Shown here piece after piece: positions 36,812 to 48,834 of a stretch of DNA of 64,000 nucleotides. Numbering within the stretch: the stretch's first letter is position 1; every line of letters starts with the position of its first letter. This DNA comes from an uncultured Desulfospira sp. GTDB taxonomy: Bacteria > Desulfobacterota > Desulfobacteria > Desulfobacterales > Desulfobacteraceae. Position numbers and translations under genes: made by a program. The DNA lies in NCBI GenBank assembly GCA_963663165.1, contig OY760175.1:6304001-6368000 (forward strand), in the 5' to 3' direction. The notes under the pieces were generated by a model that saw only the letters and a program-made list of their open reading frames with translations, had not been told where the DNA came from and did no database searches.

Positions 36812-38677
36812 TTACTTTTCTTCTAAATCTTCGGCCGGGCTGGAATTCGCCCCAAGGCCGGTATCTTCAACGGCTGCGTCTTCTTCTGATGCCATACGGC
36901 GAAGCATGGGCCTGAATAATTTTCCGGTCACCGTCCTTGGCATCTGCTTTGTGATAATGATTTTTTCAGGGACGGCAAAATCACCGATTTTTTCACAAAT
37001 ATAGTCTGATAATATTGACATAACCCTCTGGTCGTCCTCAATGTCCTTTCTGGGAACCACAAAGGCGGCCAGTTCTTCTCCGGATGGCCCTGGCACGCCG
37101 ATCACTGCGGCTTCATTCACGTCGGGATGGGCTGAAATCATGGTCTCAATCAGCGAGGTGTCCAAAGACTGCCCCTTAATTTTGAGGACATTGTCCAGAC
37201 GCTCCATAAACCAGAAAAATCCGTCCTGGTCGGACCTGACCCCGTCATAGGTGAGGAAATATCCGGGAAACCGGCAAAAATGCCTTTTCTTAAAGTGATC
37301 AAAGGTGCCAAAGGTCGGCTTGGCCATGGCGGGCCATGACCCGGCAAATACCAGGTTGCCGCTCACGTTTGTTTTGCATGGCTGGCCAAGGTCGCTCATG
37401 GTCAGCGGCTCAACCCCTAAGGCGCCGAATCCCAGTGCGCCGGGCTGGTTTAACCCCGGGGAGGGGTAAGTATGAATCAGGGCCGTACCGCTTTTGCTCT
37501 GCACCCACAGGTTGACCACCCGCTCGGGAAACTGGACCAGGGTGCCGGCGGCAAATTTGATCAGCCGGGGGGGCAGGGCGTCTTCACAACAGGCAACGAC
37601 TGAAAACCGGTTCGGGCTGTTCAGTGTGTCGCTGCCCAGTTGGCTTCTAATGTCCGACAGCAGGGTGGGGCGGCAGATCAACGCGGGATTTTTTGTGTTT
37701 TCAAGGATATATTCAATGGTTTGTTTTTCCGGCGCGTCTTGGGTCATCATAATCGGCGTGCCGTTGAGCAGCGGCCCCCAAAGGCCATAGGCCTGGCCGT
37801 GGCCTTTGGACAGGTCAATGGCGGTAACCAGGGTTTCGGGTTTGTCCGGGGACAGTGCCTGATTGAATATTAAATCAAAAGAAGTATGGGCCTGGACCAG
37901 AAATCCACCCGTAGAAAAAACCGCTCCCATATGTTTGCCGGACAGGCGGTTTCCGTATATGGCAAACAACGGATGATCCGCTAAGGGATATGCCGGTTCC
38001 GGCCGTTGGGAAGGGGCAGAAGACATATAGTCCGAAAAGGTCTTCAGATCCCCTAACTTTTCCCCCACCACGATGCCGTCAATGGACGGCATCAGGTCAT
38101 AAACGGCTTTGGCGTGGTCATGGCCGTCACTGTCTTCGGGCCGGTTGGCCATGATGATCAGCCTGGACCTGGATGTTTTGACATCTGAGGCGGCAACTTC
38201 TGCCGGCAGATGGCCGCCAATGGGCAGATAGGTGATGCCAAGATAGGCGGCGGCCAGGGCAGTAATGACAAATTCAGGGCAGTGCGGCAGGATCAGGGCA
38301 ATGCAGTCCCCCTCTTTGAGTCCGTTTTTCTGGAAGGCGGCGGCCAGCTTGAGGACCTCCTCTTTGAGTTCATTGAAGGTATAGGTTACGGTGTCTTTGG
38401 CCTGCCGGTAAAAGATAAGGGCCGTCTGGTCTCCGAGCCCCTGTTCGATGGGCCTGTTAAGGGCATTTTCAGCCGCGTTGATTCTGCCGTTACAAAACCA
38501 GGAATAAGCCACTTTGGAGAAATCTTCCTGAACCACCGCGGTAAAGTTTTTATGCCAGTTCAAGCGCCCGGCCTGTCCGGACCAGAACTGCTCCCGGTGG
38601 TCAAGCGCCTGCCGTTGCAAAAGCCGAAATTCGTTGAGACGACCGGGCAGTTTCTGCATAAAGTCAAATTGTTCCAT
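36812..38677 (-). CDS. Acetyl-CoA synthetase-like AMP-binding protein with degenerate ATP motifs
   Basis: Acs scaffold (FW...W...WF.NGRINAAEN; PRTVTGKLFR), but the P-loop reads YGNRLSGKHMG; GAGGAG RBS. Confidence 0.8.
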   Translation of the reverse strand: MEQFDFMQKLPGRLNEFRLLQRQALDHREQFWSGQAGRLNWHKNFTAVVQEDFSKVAYSWFCNGRINAAENALNRPIEQGLGDQTALIFYRQAKDTVTYTFNELKEEVLKLAAAFQKNGLKEGDCIALILPHCPEFVITALAAAYLGITYLPIGGHLPAEVAASDVKTSRSRLIIMANRPEDSDGHDHAKAVYDLMPSIDGIVVGEKLGDLKTFSDYMSSAPSQRPEPAYPLADHPLFAIYGNRLSGKHMGAVFSTGGFLVQAHTSFDLIFNQALSPDKPETLVTAIDLSKGHGQAYGLWGPLLNGTPIMMTQDAPEKQTIEYILENTKNPALICRPTLLSDIRSQLGSDTLNSPNRFSVVACCEDALPPRLIKFAAGTLVQFPERVVNLWVQSKSGTALIHTYPSPGLNQPGALGFGALGVEPLTMSDLGQPCKTNVSGNLVFAGSWPAMAKPTFGTFDHFKKRHFCRFPGYFLTYDGVRSDQDGFFWFMERLDNVLKIKGQSLDTSLIETMISAHPDVNEAAVIGVPGPSGEELAAFVVPRKDIEDDQRVMSILSDYICEKIGDFAVPEKIIITKQMPRTVTGKLFRPMLRRMASEEDAAVEDTGLGANSSPAEDLEEK

Positions 38678-38807
38678 GGGGTCCTCCTCAAATTGAACCA
38701 TTCACAGGGGTTATGTCTGGGCCTTGGATCCGGGCGGCCTGGCGGGTTAAAGTGCTCCTAACCAGCTGTCCGGACAAGGGTTTTTGATCAGGTGGTTGTA
38801 CCAATAA

Positions 38808-38860
38808 TAACGGCCACGGGCCGCCTTGGTTATCCAACCAAGAACCGCCCACAACGAATA
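38808..38860 (-). repeat. ~50-nt hairpin repeat, copy 2
   Basis: TAACGGCCACGGGCCGCCTTGGTTATCCAACCAAGAACCGCCCACAAC. Confidence 0.8.
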
Positions 38861-39061
38861 ATGAAACTGAAGATACCAGCAACGGTAGACTATAAATTGG
38901 GCACCGCAGGTGCTTCGCCCTCTTGTCTCTTGTCTCCAGTTTCTTATAAAAAGGCAAAACAAAAGCTGATTCCTTTGTTTTTTTAAGCGTTGATACGGGT
39001 TTGGGATTGGATAAAACCATATGGTCCGGCTTGCGGCCTTTTTTTTGCAATTGTTCACGGT

Positions 39062-39604
39062 TCAGGCGCCCTGTTTTTCCCCCTGCTCCCTTGCCGGGGC
39101 GCCGTTCCGGGGCGGCAATTGAATATGAACACAGCCCTTGTCCGGTTGATCCTGAAATAATCTAAACCCTTCCATCATACCGGCGGCATATGTGACCTTT
39201 TTATCAGGAGGGCCTAAAATCAGCGGGGGCTTTTGGCTTCCGGGGACCGTGGCAACTGATTCAGGATATTCCCCGGCATCGGTCATTGGCACGATGTAAA
39301 TTCCGGCAATTGATTCGGCTGTGAAATAGGGGAACACAATTCCCGGCGGCAAAAAAAATGAGCCTTGTCCTGCAAGTCCCCAGGTGTGGTATGACCGGTT
39401 CTGGCCGAATTTGTTCCATCCAAGGGACATTCGGCCTGCAAAGTCAAGGGATATGCCCTGGCGGTATAAAAAGACCAGGGGATCTTCGTTGTTTTTTCCC
39501 CACAGATGATGGCGGGCTCTGACGGCAAAGGCCCTGGCCTTTTTCTGCCAGGTCAGGGCATCAGTACACAGGGTGGTTTCTAACGAACTATGGTGTTTCA
39601 TCAA
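39062..39604 (-). CDS. Hypothetical protein
   Basis: 180-aa ORF in the local minus-strand gene run. Confidence 0.65.
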   Translation of the reverse strand: MMKHHSSLETTLCTDALTWQKKARAFAVRARHHLWGKNNEDPLVFLYRQGISLDFAGRMSLGWNKFGQNRSYHTWGLAGQGSFFLPPGIVFPYFTAESIAGIYIVPMTDAGEYPESVATVPGSQKPPLILGPPDKKVTYAAGMMEGFRLFQDQPDKGCVHIQLPPRNGAPAREQGEKQGA

Positions 39605-39803
39605 TCTCTTTATTTCATCAGCAGGGCCTTTCCCGATGCTAAGGGGAGTTGCTTTTAAACCCTGCAGGGTACCTTATATTTCTGCGCCATCATTGCCCAG
39701 GCAAAGTGTTTTGTCAAGTTCGGAAAATGTTTTGCCAGATCCATGGGTTAAGCCGGATTCTAATATCCAAAGAAATAATGATAAGCACCGGATTACAGCG
39801 CTT

Positions 39804-40352
39804 TTATTTTACCGTGTAACAGATACCGCCGATATTGGTGACGGTATTGGGCCCATTGTTATAGGCCAGGCCGTTTCCAGTTAACAGGGCTGTGGCATCG
39901 ATGCCAAACGCCTCAACCGAGTATACGGCATCTTCAGGGCTCCGGCAGGGTTTGTTTTCGATATAAGAACAGGTCTCGCACAGGGTGCAGGCCCCGGCAC
40001 CGAGAACCATGAAATTAACATCCGGCTCCCCGGCTTTAATTGCTTTTCTAAGGTTTCGTATTCTGGCCTGGAAATCTTTGGCGGCGGTAACCATTCCTTC
40101 CCAGTCAAAGCTGTCCTCAAGCGGGTAAACTTTATTGAGGATCATAAAATGGGGGTAGGCGCGCACCCGGGATGAAAGAATTTCAACCGGTTCAAGGGCC
40201 GGCGGACAGGTCCAGCTTTTGCCGACTTTCCCGCACATATTCTGCTGGCACATTTGGCGGACTTCCTCGGAAAAAGGAATCCTGGATGAGTCAATGGGTT
40301 TGGCGTGGTCGAAAAATTCGAGGGCGGTTTTGATCAGTTGTTCGGTGGTCAA
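39804..40352 (-). CDS. DUF2284 metal-binding protein
   Basis: CQQNMCG..GKSWTCPP, GAGACTLCETC, CRSPE, SVEAFGID. Confidence 0.85.
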   Translation of the reverse strand: MTTEQLIKTALEFFDHAKPIDSSRIPFSEEVRQMCQQNMCGKVGKSWTCPPALEPVEILSSRVRAYPHFMILNKVYPLEDSFDWEGMVTAAKDFQARIRNLRKAIKAGEPDVNFMVLGAGACTLCETCSYIENKPCRSPEDAVYSVEAFGIDATALLTGNGLAYNNGPNTVTNIGGICYTVK

Positions 40353-40530
40353 TGGGGTTTGGGCTCCTTAACGGTTTGATATGCCGTTTTAATTTGGATG
40401 AAATCATATAGCAAAGAAGGGAGGTCGGAAGACCGGAAGACCGGAAAGCGATGCGCTTCGGGGTTACGCATTCCGGTCTTCCATCATTTTGAGATTAACC
40501 TGCTGAAGATAAAGCGTATTCCATTTCCCT

Positions 40531-40989
40531 CTACCAGACTTCCGGAAAGGCCACATTGACAAATTTGTCTTCCATCATGTTTTTGTGGCCCCGCTCCATG
40601 GACGCCAGATCCATGAAAACGGCCCTAAGTTCCGGGTCGCTGCAATTTTCAGCCAGGGACGTGTATTGCTTCATGGCGGCCTCTTCATTTTTCATGGCAA
40701 GGCCAAGAGCGCTTTTTAAATCCATATTTTCAGTGACCTCCGGCATGTCAACGGTTTCGGCCACCTTAAAGTCTTTTTCAAAATCAAAATACCGGGCATC
40801 ATGCTTTTCCTGGTTCAGGATACCGGTCAGGATGGTCTCATGCTTTTTTTCTTCCTTGGCAAAATCAGCGAACAGTTTTTTTAAATAGTCATCCTTGATT
40901 TTTGCGGCCACGCCCTCGTAAAAGGTCCGGGCGTCAATTTCACTTTGAATGGCTTTTGAAATAACGTCTTTGTACTGCTGGGCATCCAT
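40531..40989 (-). CDS. Ferritin-like/rubrerythrin diiron domain protein
   Basis: AIQSE..A..FY, EEKKH, AMKNE..A...Y, MERGH. Confidence 0.88.
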   Translation of the reverse strand: MDAQQYKDVISKAIQSEIDARTFYEGVAAKIKDDYLKKLFADFAKEEKKHETILTGILNQEKHDARYFDFEKDFKVAETVDMPEVTENMDLKSALGLAMKNEEAAMKQYTSLAENCSDPELRAVFMDLASMERGHKNMMEDKFVNVAFPEVW

Positions 40990-41089
40990 GATGTCCTCCT
41001 TGGAAAAGGGGTTGCTTTAGGGGGTTGCCTGAATCGGTTCCAATCCGGACCAGATTATCTTAGAACCCCGGACTTCTCAAGGAAAAATA

Positions 41090-41551
41090 TCAGGCCCGGT
41101 CCCCGGGCCTGACCATATCCACATGCAAAATGCCGTCTTCGTCATAGGGGGCGCCCACCGGTACAAATCCATGGGACCTGTAAAAATCCTGGAGATGGGC
41201 CTGGGCCCCGATGGTGATATCCCTTGACGGCCACTGGGCCTGGATCAGGGAAAGGGCCTTTTGAACCAGGGCATGTCCCAAGCCCGTTTTTCTAAAATCT
41301 TTAGCCACGGCCAGCCGCCCAAAACTGGGGGCGGGATAACTCACGCCCGGCGAAAGGACTCTCAGATAAGCGGCGGCCCGCCCGTCTCCATCCCGGACCA
41401 TGACATGAAGGGTCTTTTTGTGCCGGTCCTTATGGTCAATTTCCGGGTAAGGGCATTGCTGCTCAACCACAAACACATCCACCCGAAGCTTTAAAAACAA
41501 ATACAGCTCGTCAACAGTCAGGTCTTTAAATTGTTTTACGGTCCATTCCAT
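41090..41551 (-). CDS. elaA: ElaA-family GNAT acetyltransferase
   Basis: LRVDVFVVEQQCPYPEID, IGAQAHLQDFY, YDEDGILHVDM. Confidence 0.88.
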   Translation of the reverse strand: MEWTVKQFKDLTVDELYLFLKLRVDVFVVEQQCPYPEIDHKDRHKKTLHVMVRDGDGRAAAYLRVLSPGVSYPAPSFGRLAVAKDFRKTGLGHALVQKALSLIQAQWPSRDITIGAQAHLQDFYRSHGFVPVGAPYDEDGILHVDMVRPGDRA

Positions 41552-41642
41552 TTTCCGGCCTTTGTCTTGTTCCGTGGTTTTGGCGTCCGAATTTTAACAG
41601 AACCTTCCGGGTTTTACCAAACCCAAATTTGCCATGGGATCT

Positions 41643-43328
41643 TTACCCGTATAACGATTTTTTCTGCATGATGTCTTTTAGCACAGATGCCGCGCCACAG
41701 ATCCGGTCCCCGGAGATCAAATCTTTCATGGCCGTTTCATCGGAAAAGGTGGTGAGCAAAGCTGCGGCAACGGCCTTGCCGCTCTTTATTAACTGGGCCA
41801 TGGGCTCGGCGGGTTGTGCTCCGGCACAAACATGGGTATCAAAAAAAATCCGGTAAAAGTCCCGCTGGGGCTTGTAATGGCCGGCATATTCACTGAGGTA
41901 TTTTTTGATGATGGTTCCTGTCTTTCGGGGGGACGGATCTTCTGCCGCTTGCCGGCAAATCCCCGTATAACAGGCCGCTATCAGGGCCGAACGGACATCA
42001 ACCATGATGTGCCTTGTCCGGTCCCGGGTGGCCCGGCAGATGAGATCGCAAAAATTTATAAGGGGTTCGAGCTGCTCTATGTCAATTTTAAGAATCAGTG
42101 AGACATAGGCCGTTTGCAGGGCTTGTTTTTCATTCTTGAGCCGCTCTTCGGGAAGATCTAATTTCTCCGCCGCCCGGGCAAGGTCCCGGATGGTCCTCTC
42201 AATGGATGCCATATCTGCCTCGCCCATTTCAAGCTGTTCAACAGCTGTTTTGAACAAGAGTCTGAAAATATCAAAATAGATGGGAGAATAGACGGGGGCG
42301 TTCTGAAAAGTGGCTGCAAAACGGGTTATATCCGGGTAGTTGAACAACATATTCAGGCGATAGCGCAACTGGGCAAGTCCCAGGTTTTTAAGGATATCCG
42401 TACGGCCGTCTTTCCCCGGCTTGGTATTTAAAAAAAGCCAGGTGAGGTTCTGTCTAAGGGCGTCATGGGTTTCGCCCAGGACAATGGGATATGACAGTCC
42501 CACAAGACCCATGAGACGGTGGGCCGCTGCCAAATACGCATCTGTTTTTTTTAGAATGGTAAGAATGGCGGCATCCAGGCTTCCCATTAATTGGAGGTAT
42601 TTTCTTTTGTTTTTTCCATGGACAAACACCTTGGCCCGGGCGGTCATTATCTTGGTGAACAATTCATTGCATGCGGCCATTTCTTTATGGGATTTTTTCA
42701 GGGTTCGGGCCTTGGCCTCTTCTGCCATGGGCGGCAGGCTTGATCCGGTCAGCCGGCAGATGAGGCCTGCATTACTGATTTCATCCAGGTCGTGGCGCCA
42801 GGACCTGTCCTGGTTGAGGCTTTGGGCCAGGCCGTCAAGGGTCTTGTTTACCAGCTCATTGTAATTTCGTCCGGCATTGCTTCCAATGATTATTTTCGAC
42901 AGGTCCGGGGACAAGAGGGCGTTATCCACTGTCCCTTTACAGGTTTTGAAACTGTTGAAATAGGTGATGATTATGTTGGTGCTCAACAGCTCAATGGCCG
43001 TTTTGCTGTCCGCTGCCAGAATCTTTTCTAAAGGCACGCTGAACCCGCAGACAAAGGAAACCGCCTCGGCCTCCATGCTGAATTCCCGGAAAAGTGCGTA
43101 AAGGGCTTCAACATATTCATCCGGGAAAAAATCACCTGCCCTGGCCATTTCATCAAGAAAAAATCGGATGATGATCTGGGCGTGGACCAGGGGACGCCCC
43201 TTTGCGTCGGTTTTATGTTGTTCTAAAGGGGACAGGCCTTTGGTGCCCTGCACAAGGAGGCCGGACACCTTTTGTTTATAAAGCCGTTCTTTTAATTTTT
43301 TTATTTTATTGGGGCTAAGTATTGCCAT
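41643..43328 (-). CDS. Hypothetical helical protein (561 aa)
   Basis: Long ORF overlapping the fapA stop. Confidence 0.75.
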   Translation of the reverse strand: MAILSPNKIKKLKERLYKQKVSGLLVQGTKGLSPLEQHKTDAKGRPLVHAQIIIRFFLDEMARAGDFFPDEYVEALYALFREFSMEAEAVSFVCGFSVPLEKILAADSKTAIELLSTNIIITYFNSFKTCKGTVDNALLSPDLSKIIIGSNAGRNYNELVNKTLDGLAQSLNQDRSWRHDLDEISNAGLICRLTGSSLPPMAEEAKARTLKKSHKEMAACNELFTKIMTARAKVFVHGKNKRKYLQLMGSLDAAILTILKKTDAYLAAAHRLMGLVGLSYPIVLGETHDALRQNLTWLFLNTKPGKDGRTDILKNLGLAQLRYRLNMLFNYPDITRFAATFQNAPVYSPIYFDIFRLLFKTAVEQLEMGEADMASIERTIRDLARAAEKLDLPEERLKNEKQALQTAYVSLILKIDIEQLEPLINFCDLICRATRDRTRHIMVDVRSALIAACYTGICRQAAEDPSPRKTGTIIKKYLSEYAGHYKPQRDFYRIFFDTHVCAGAQPAEPMAQLIKSGKAVAAALLTTFSDETAMKDLISGDRICGAASVLKDIMQKKSLYG

Positions 43329-45420
43329 GTATCTGAATTTCAGATCCCTTTTTGTCTTTGAGTGCCACCGCTTTGATGGTTACATTTTTTATTTCTTCGG
43401 TGATATGCCTGGTTGCGCCCAGCCCGTTGATGACAGTGCCCGTACTGACCCGCCCGGTTACGGATACCACTGGGCTTCCCGGATTTTCCTGTGCCCATTC
43501 GCTGAAGTTGGCCTGTTCGTAAAAAAGGTCTTCAAGGGTATCTTCCACCTGTTCGCGCTCCACTGCCAGGTCAAGAATCTGGTTTTCCTTATGCTCCATA
43601 CGGTTAAACAGGGTATTGAGATCCCTGTCAAGCCGTTGGACCAGTGCTCCGGCATCCCGGATCCGGGCATTCAAATCTGCCAGCCCGGCGGGTTCCATTG
43701 CCTGAGACTGCCCGTTCTCTTTAAGTTCTTGGGCTTGTTGCATTAATACCAGTTTGGCTTCTCTGGCCCGGTCGCTTTCTATGGGGATGCGGCTGGAAGC
43801 CATGTGCAGCTCTTTTATTTCCAGGGTCAGGGTCTTGGTTTTGGCCCGGATTTGATCCAGTCGGTCTTTGCAGGTGACGATGCGGTGTTCAATGGTGTCG
43901 ATTTCCTTTTTTGTAAAGGTATCCACCCCGGCAGTGATGGTGTTGGGAACGGATTTGTCCGTTCCCAGATTCCGGGCGAAAAGCCCTTTATTGCATATGA
44001 TCTGTGATGAGATAACTTCTCCGCCGGGAATGAGAACGGCACCACTGGTTTCAATATGGCAGTTAACGATTTCCTTGGCCACAGAAAGATTGCCCATACA
44101 GTATATCTGGGAGTTCTGGATGAATTTGGCCGAAACATTTCCCCTGGCGTATATCTTTGCGCCATTCACCCCGTTGTCCACGGTGACATCCCCCTGGGCA
44201 TGAATTTCGCCGCCATCCACCGTATGGATACGGACGGCCTGTCCCTTAATCCGGAATCCATCCATAAGGGTGCCTTTGACATCGATATCCCCCCCGTATT
44301 CAAGGTGGCCGGTCTTGTAATTAATGTCCGTTTTTACGGTGAATGTACTGGCAACTTCTATATTTCCGGACATTCCCAGCCTTGGATGGCCGCTGATGCC
44401 CGCATACAGTTTTAAGCCGTCCTCAGAAAGGGTGACGCCGGATTTGAATTTCAAGGGAAGATCCATGGCCGGGGAGACGATTTCCACCTGGCCAAACACA
44501 GTGGTGCCGTTCCGGGACTCTGTCATGGGAAATTTTTCAGCCAGAAGACTGCCCTCAGCCACCCAGGGAATTTCTCCCCTGTCCTTGAAATCCATATTCC
44601 CGTTTTCATCTTTTCCGCCCGACTTGAGGTAGTCTGTATCAAAATAATACTCTATCCTGGCATCATTTCCCTGCCTGGGGGATATGCCCGATGCAATTTC
44701 AAAGGGTATCCGCTTATACCCCCTGGAACGGATGAATCCGTTTATTCTTTCATCTTCGGCAATTCCGTATAGGATCCCCTGGTCCATCAGCTGTTTTTTT
44801 AAGTCTTCGGGGGTTATGGACGGATCAAAATGTTCCGTCTTTTTTAAAAAGGCGCTCATGCCCTCTTTGTCCACTTCCAGCAGGATTCCGCCGGTGAGTT
44901 CTGCTTTCAGGGAAAGGTCCTCTGAATTGCCCGCAGCGGCGTCAGGCTCAGGGGAAGAGGGGGGCGGGGAAACGGAGGGCTCTGTATCCTGACTTGAAGG
45001 CGGCGGTACAGGGCTGTTGCCGGGAACGGATTGCGGCGGCCTTTTTGATGCCTGGAAAATACGTTTGAAGTCATTTCTGGAGAGGATTTTCTTCTCGACC
45101 CAGACCTCCCCGATGAACCGGGGCGGCATCTGTTTTTTCACCGCTTCCATCTGGCAGGCCATTTCCTGATCAAATAACTCAGATCCAATATACCCGAGTT
45201 TAACGGCGATACGTCCGAACAGATCATTTTTTTTCATGATTTTCAAGGCATGATAGGTGACGGCCAGAATTCTCATCTGATTGAGGGAAAGAATGTTTTT
45301 AGAGATAAAATATTTTTTTAACGCGATTTCCAGATTATCGGCACCCCGGCATGCCGCCAGGGCCTCGTCGCATTGGGCCCTGGTAATCAATTTTTTCTGT
45401 AATGCAATTTTTTCCAGCAT
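43315..45420 (-). CDS. FapA/DUF342 family protein
   Basis: G.MDFKDRGEI..V.EG.LLAEK, G.TVFG, DINYKTGHL, beta-helix repeats and a coiled coil. Confidence 0.85.
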   Translation of the reverse strand: MLEKIALQKKLITRAQCDEALAACRGADNLEIALKKYFISKNILSLNQMRILAVTYHALKIMKKNDLFGRIAVKLGYIGSELFDQEMACQMEAVKKQMPPRFIGEVWVEKKILSRNDFKRIFQASKRPPQSVPGNSPVPPPSSQDTEPSVSPPPSSPEPDAAAGNSEDLSLKAELTGGILLEVDKEGMSAFLKKTEHFDPSITPEDLKKQLMDQGILYGIAEDERINGFIRSRGYKRIPFEIASGISPRQGNDARIEYYFDTDYLKSGGKDENGNMDFKDRGEIPWVAEGSLLAEKFPMTESRNGTTVFGQVEIVSPAMDLPLKFKSGVTLSEDGLKLYAGISGHPRLGMSGNIEVASTFTVKTDINYKTGHLEYGGDIDVKGTLMDGFRIKGQAVRIHTVDGGEIHAQGDVTVDNGVNGAKIYARGNVSAKFIQNSQIYCMGNLSVAKEIVNCHIETSGAVLIPGGEVISSQIICNKGLFARNLGTDKSVPNTITAGVDTFTKKEIDTIEHRIVTCKDRLDQIRAKTKTLTLEIKELHMASSRIPIESDRAREAKLVLMQQAQELKENGQSQAMEPAGLADLNARIRDAGALVQRLDRDLNTLFNRMEHKENQILDLAVEREQVEDTLEDLFYEQANFSEWAQENPGSPVVSVTGRVSTGTVINGLGATRHITEEIKNVTIKAVALKDKKGSEIQIHGNT

Positions 45421-45865
45421 AGTCTGCCTCAATCCTTGGTGGCCGGCGTTGATATTGCGGCTGAATCGGACAGCCGCCATGTCCTCCGGTCTTTTGCACC
45501 CGTTTCTTAATACAGCAAGGGTCATGCCAACGGACGGTCATTTGGGTTGAAGGGCGTGGATTTTGCTTTATAAAACAATTGGTTAAGCTAAACTTTGTTA
45601 TTCTCGGACAGCTTGTTTTTAATTCGATTTCTTGAAAACGAGAACGAGCACTATTCTTGTTTCCAAGAAATTGTATAGGGCAGGTCTCAGCGCACAATAC
45701 ACACTGAATGTGATACAAAAGCGTTATGCGTGTCTCATTCTGTCCCAAAAAGATACAAGTTCTGTTTGCCATTGTTCCGGGCCAGGCTGTCGGCATAATG
45801 GTGATGGGCCGTCAAATTCCGTTTTTATCCCCGATTTATCAAAAAACTCCAAAATAAAATATCGA

Positions 45866-45881
45866 TGGCACGGTGCCTGCA
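45866..45881 (+). promoter_or_regulatory. Putative sigma-54 promoter upstream of the peroxiredoxin genes
   Basis: TGGCACGGTGCCTGCA (GG-N10-GC), ~115 bp before ATG 45995. Confidence 0.55.
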
Positions 45882-45994
45882 TATATAATTCTTCATGTGA
45901 ATCAAAACATATGCCACATACAATGGACATCTGATCCAAGGCAAAATAAAGTTTGTTTACCAGTACCACTTTTTAATTTTAAAGGAGAAAAAAC

Positions 45995-46642
45995 ATGGAA
46001 CAACAAAATCCCAGCATCCCCCTTCTTGGCGACGACTTCCCCGAAATGAACGTATCCACCACTTTTGGCCCCATGAGTCTGCCCGGCGATCTGAAAGGAA
46101 AATGGTTTGTCCTTTTCAGCCACCCGGCGGATTTTACCCCGGTATGTACCACAGAGTTTGTGGGTTTTCAAAAACGGATTGCCCAGTTTGAAGAACTCGG
46201 GGTCCAGCTCATCGGCATGTCCGTTGACCAGGTGTTCAGCCATATTAAATGGGTGGAATGGATTAAGGAAAAACTGGACATCGAAATCACCTTCCCCATT
46301 GTCGCGGCCAACGATTTTATTGCCAACAAACTGGGCATGCTGCATCCGGGCAAAGGGTCCAACACGGTCCGTGCGGTATTTGTGGTTGATCCGGAAAGCA
46401 AGGTCCGCCTGGTGCTTTACTATCCCCAGGAAATCGGCCGGAACATGGACGAGATTGTCCGGGCCACCAAGGCGCTGATTACTTCCGACAAAAATGGCGT
46501 GGCCATTCCTGCCAACTGGCCGGAAAATGAGCTCATCAAGGATCGGGTCATCATTCCGCCGGCCCAGTCACAAAAGGATGCCAAAACCCGGCTGGATGAA
46601 TATGAAGGATATGACTGGTGGTTCTGCCACAAATCCTTGTAA
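45995..46642 (+). CDS. Peroxiredoxin (Prx6 type)
   Basis: [25 protein letters not shown]-terminal WWFC. Confidence 0.93.
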   Translation: MEQQNPSIPLLGDDFPEMNVSTTFGPMSLPGDLKGKWFVLFSHPADFTPVCTTEFVGFQKRIAQFEELGVQLIGMSVDQVFSHIKWVEWIKEKLDIEITFPIVAANDFIANKLGMLHPGKGSNTVRAVFVVDPESKVRLVLYYPQEIGRNMDEIVRATKALITSDKNGVAIPANWPENELIKDRVIIPPAQSQKDAKTRLDEYEGYDWWFCHKSL

Positions 46643-46745
46643 TCTCGATTTGTTTAAATCCACATGGCCCGGAAGGTATTTGATTTTTTTCGGGCCTCGT
46701 TTTTTAAAAGCTAATGGCTAACAGCTAAAATAAGGAGGCCATACC

Positions 46746-47243
46746 ATGACAACAACAAACTTAGGGGGGAACCCCGTCACCCTCAAAGGTGATTTTCCCC
46801 AGAAAGGGGATAGCGCCAAACCGGTTGCATGGGTGAATCAGGACCTGTCCCAGGGCTCTCTGGATGATTTTAACGGACAAAGAAAGGTGCTCAATATTTT
46901 CCCCAGCATTGATACCGGCATCTGTGCCACTTCTGTCAGAACCTTTAATCTTCGGGCGGCGGAACTCACCAACACCAAAGTGATCTGCCTGTCCTTTGAC
47001 CTGCCCTTTGCCCAGCAGCGGTTCTGCGGTGCCGAAGGCATTGAAAACGTGGTCACTGGCTCTCTTTTCCGGAACAGCGAAGTGGCCCGGGACTACGGCG
47101 TTCTCATGCAGGACGGCCCTTTGGCAGGGCTTTCCGCCCGGGCCGTCATTGTCCTTGATGAAAACAATACGGTGATCCATGCCCAGTTGGTGGATGACAT
47201 CAAAAAGGAGCCGGACTACGATGCGGCCCTGGCCGTTCTGTAG
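46746..47243 (+). CDS. tpx: Thiol peroxidase
   Basis: PSIDTGICA, DLPFAQQRFCGAEG, EPDYDAAL. Confidence 0.95.
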   Translation: MTTTNLGGNPVTLKGDFPQKGDSAKPVAWVNQDLSQGSLDDFNGQRKVLNIFPSIDTGICATSVRTFNLRAAELTNTKVICLSFDLPFAQQRFCGAEGIENVVTGSLFRNSEVARDYGVLMQDGPLAGLSARAVIVLDENNTVIHAQLVDDIKKEPDYDAALAVL

Positions 47244-47262
47244 CCAATTGCCGCCACACAAA

Positions 47263-47303
47263 AAAAACCCTTCCAGGCCAATATCAGCCTTGGAAGGGTT
47301 TTT
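47263..47303. terminator. Bidirectional intrinsic terminator between tpx and ahcY
   Basis: AAAAACCCTTCCA...TGGAAGGGTTTTT between convergent genes. Confidence 0.75.
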
Positions 47304-47374
47304 CTTAAAATAGGGCGCCAATTAGGGATTAGAAAATCCGGTCTCCCGTTTCCGGTCTGGGGCCCCCATCCATT

Positions 47375-48823
<1,449 letters not shown>

Positions 48824-48834
48824 TTATTTCCTCC

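Noticed and set aside
38688..39058. ORFs of 120 and 103 aa upstream of the Acs-like gene
   Set aside because: They read through the hairpin repeat, overlap each other and show no family motif
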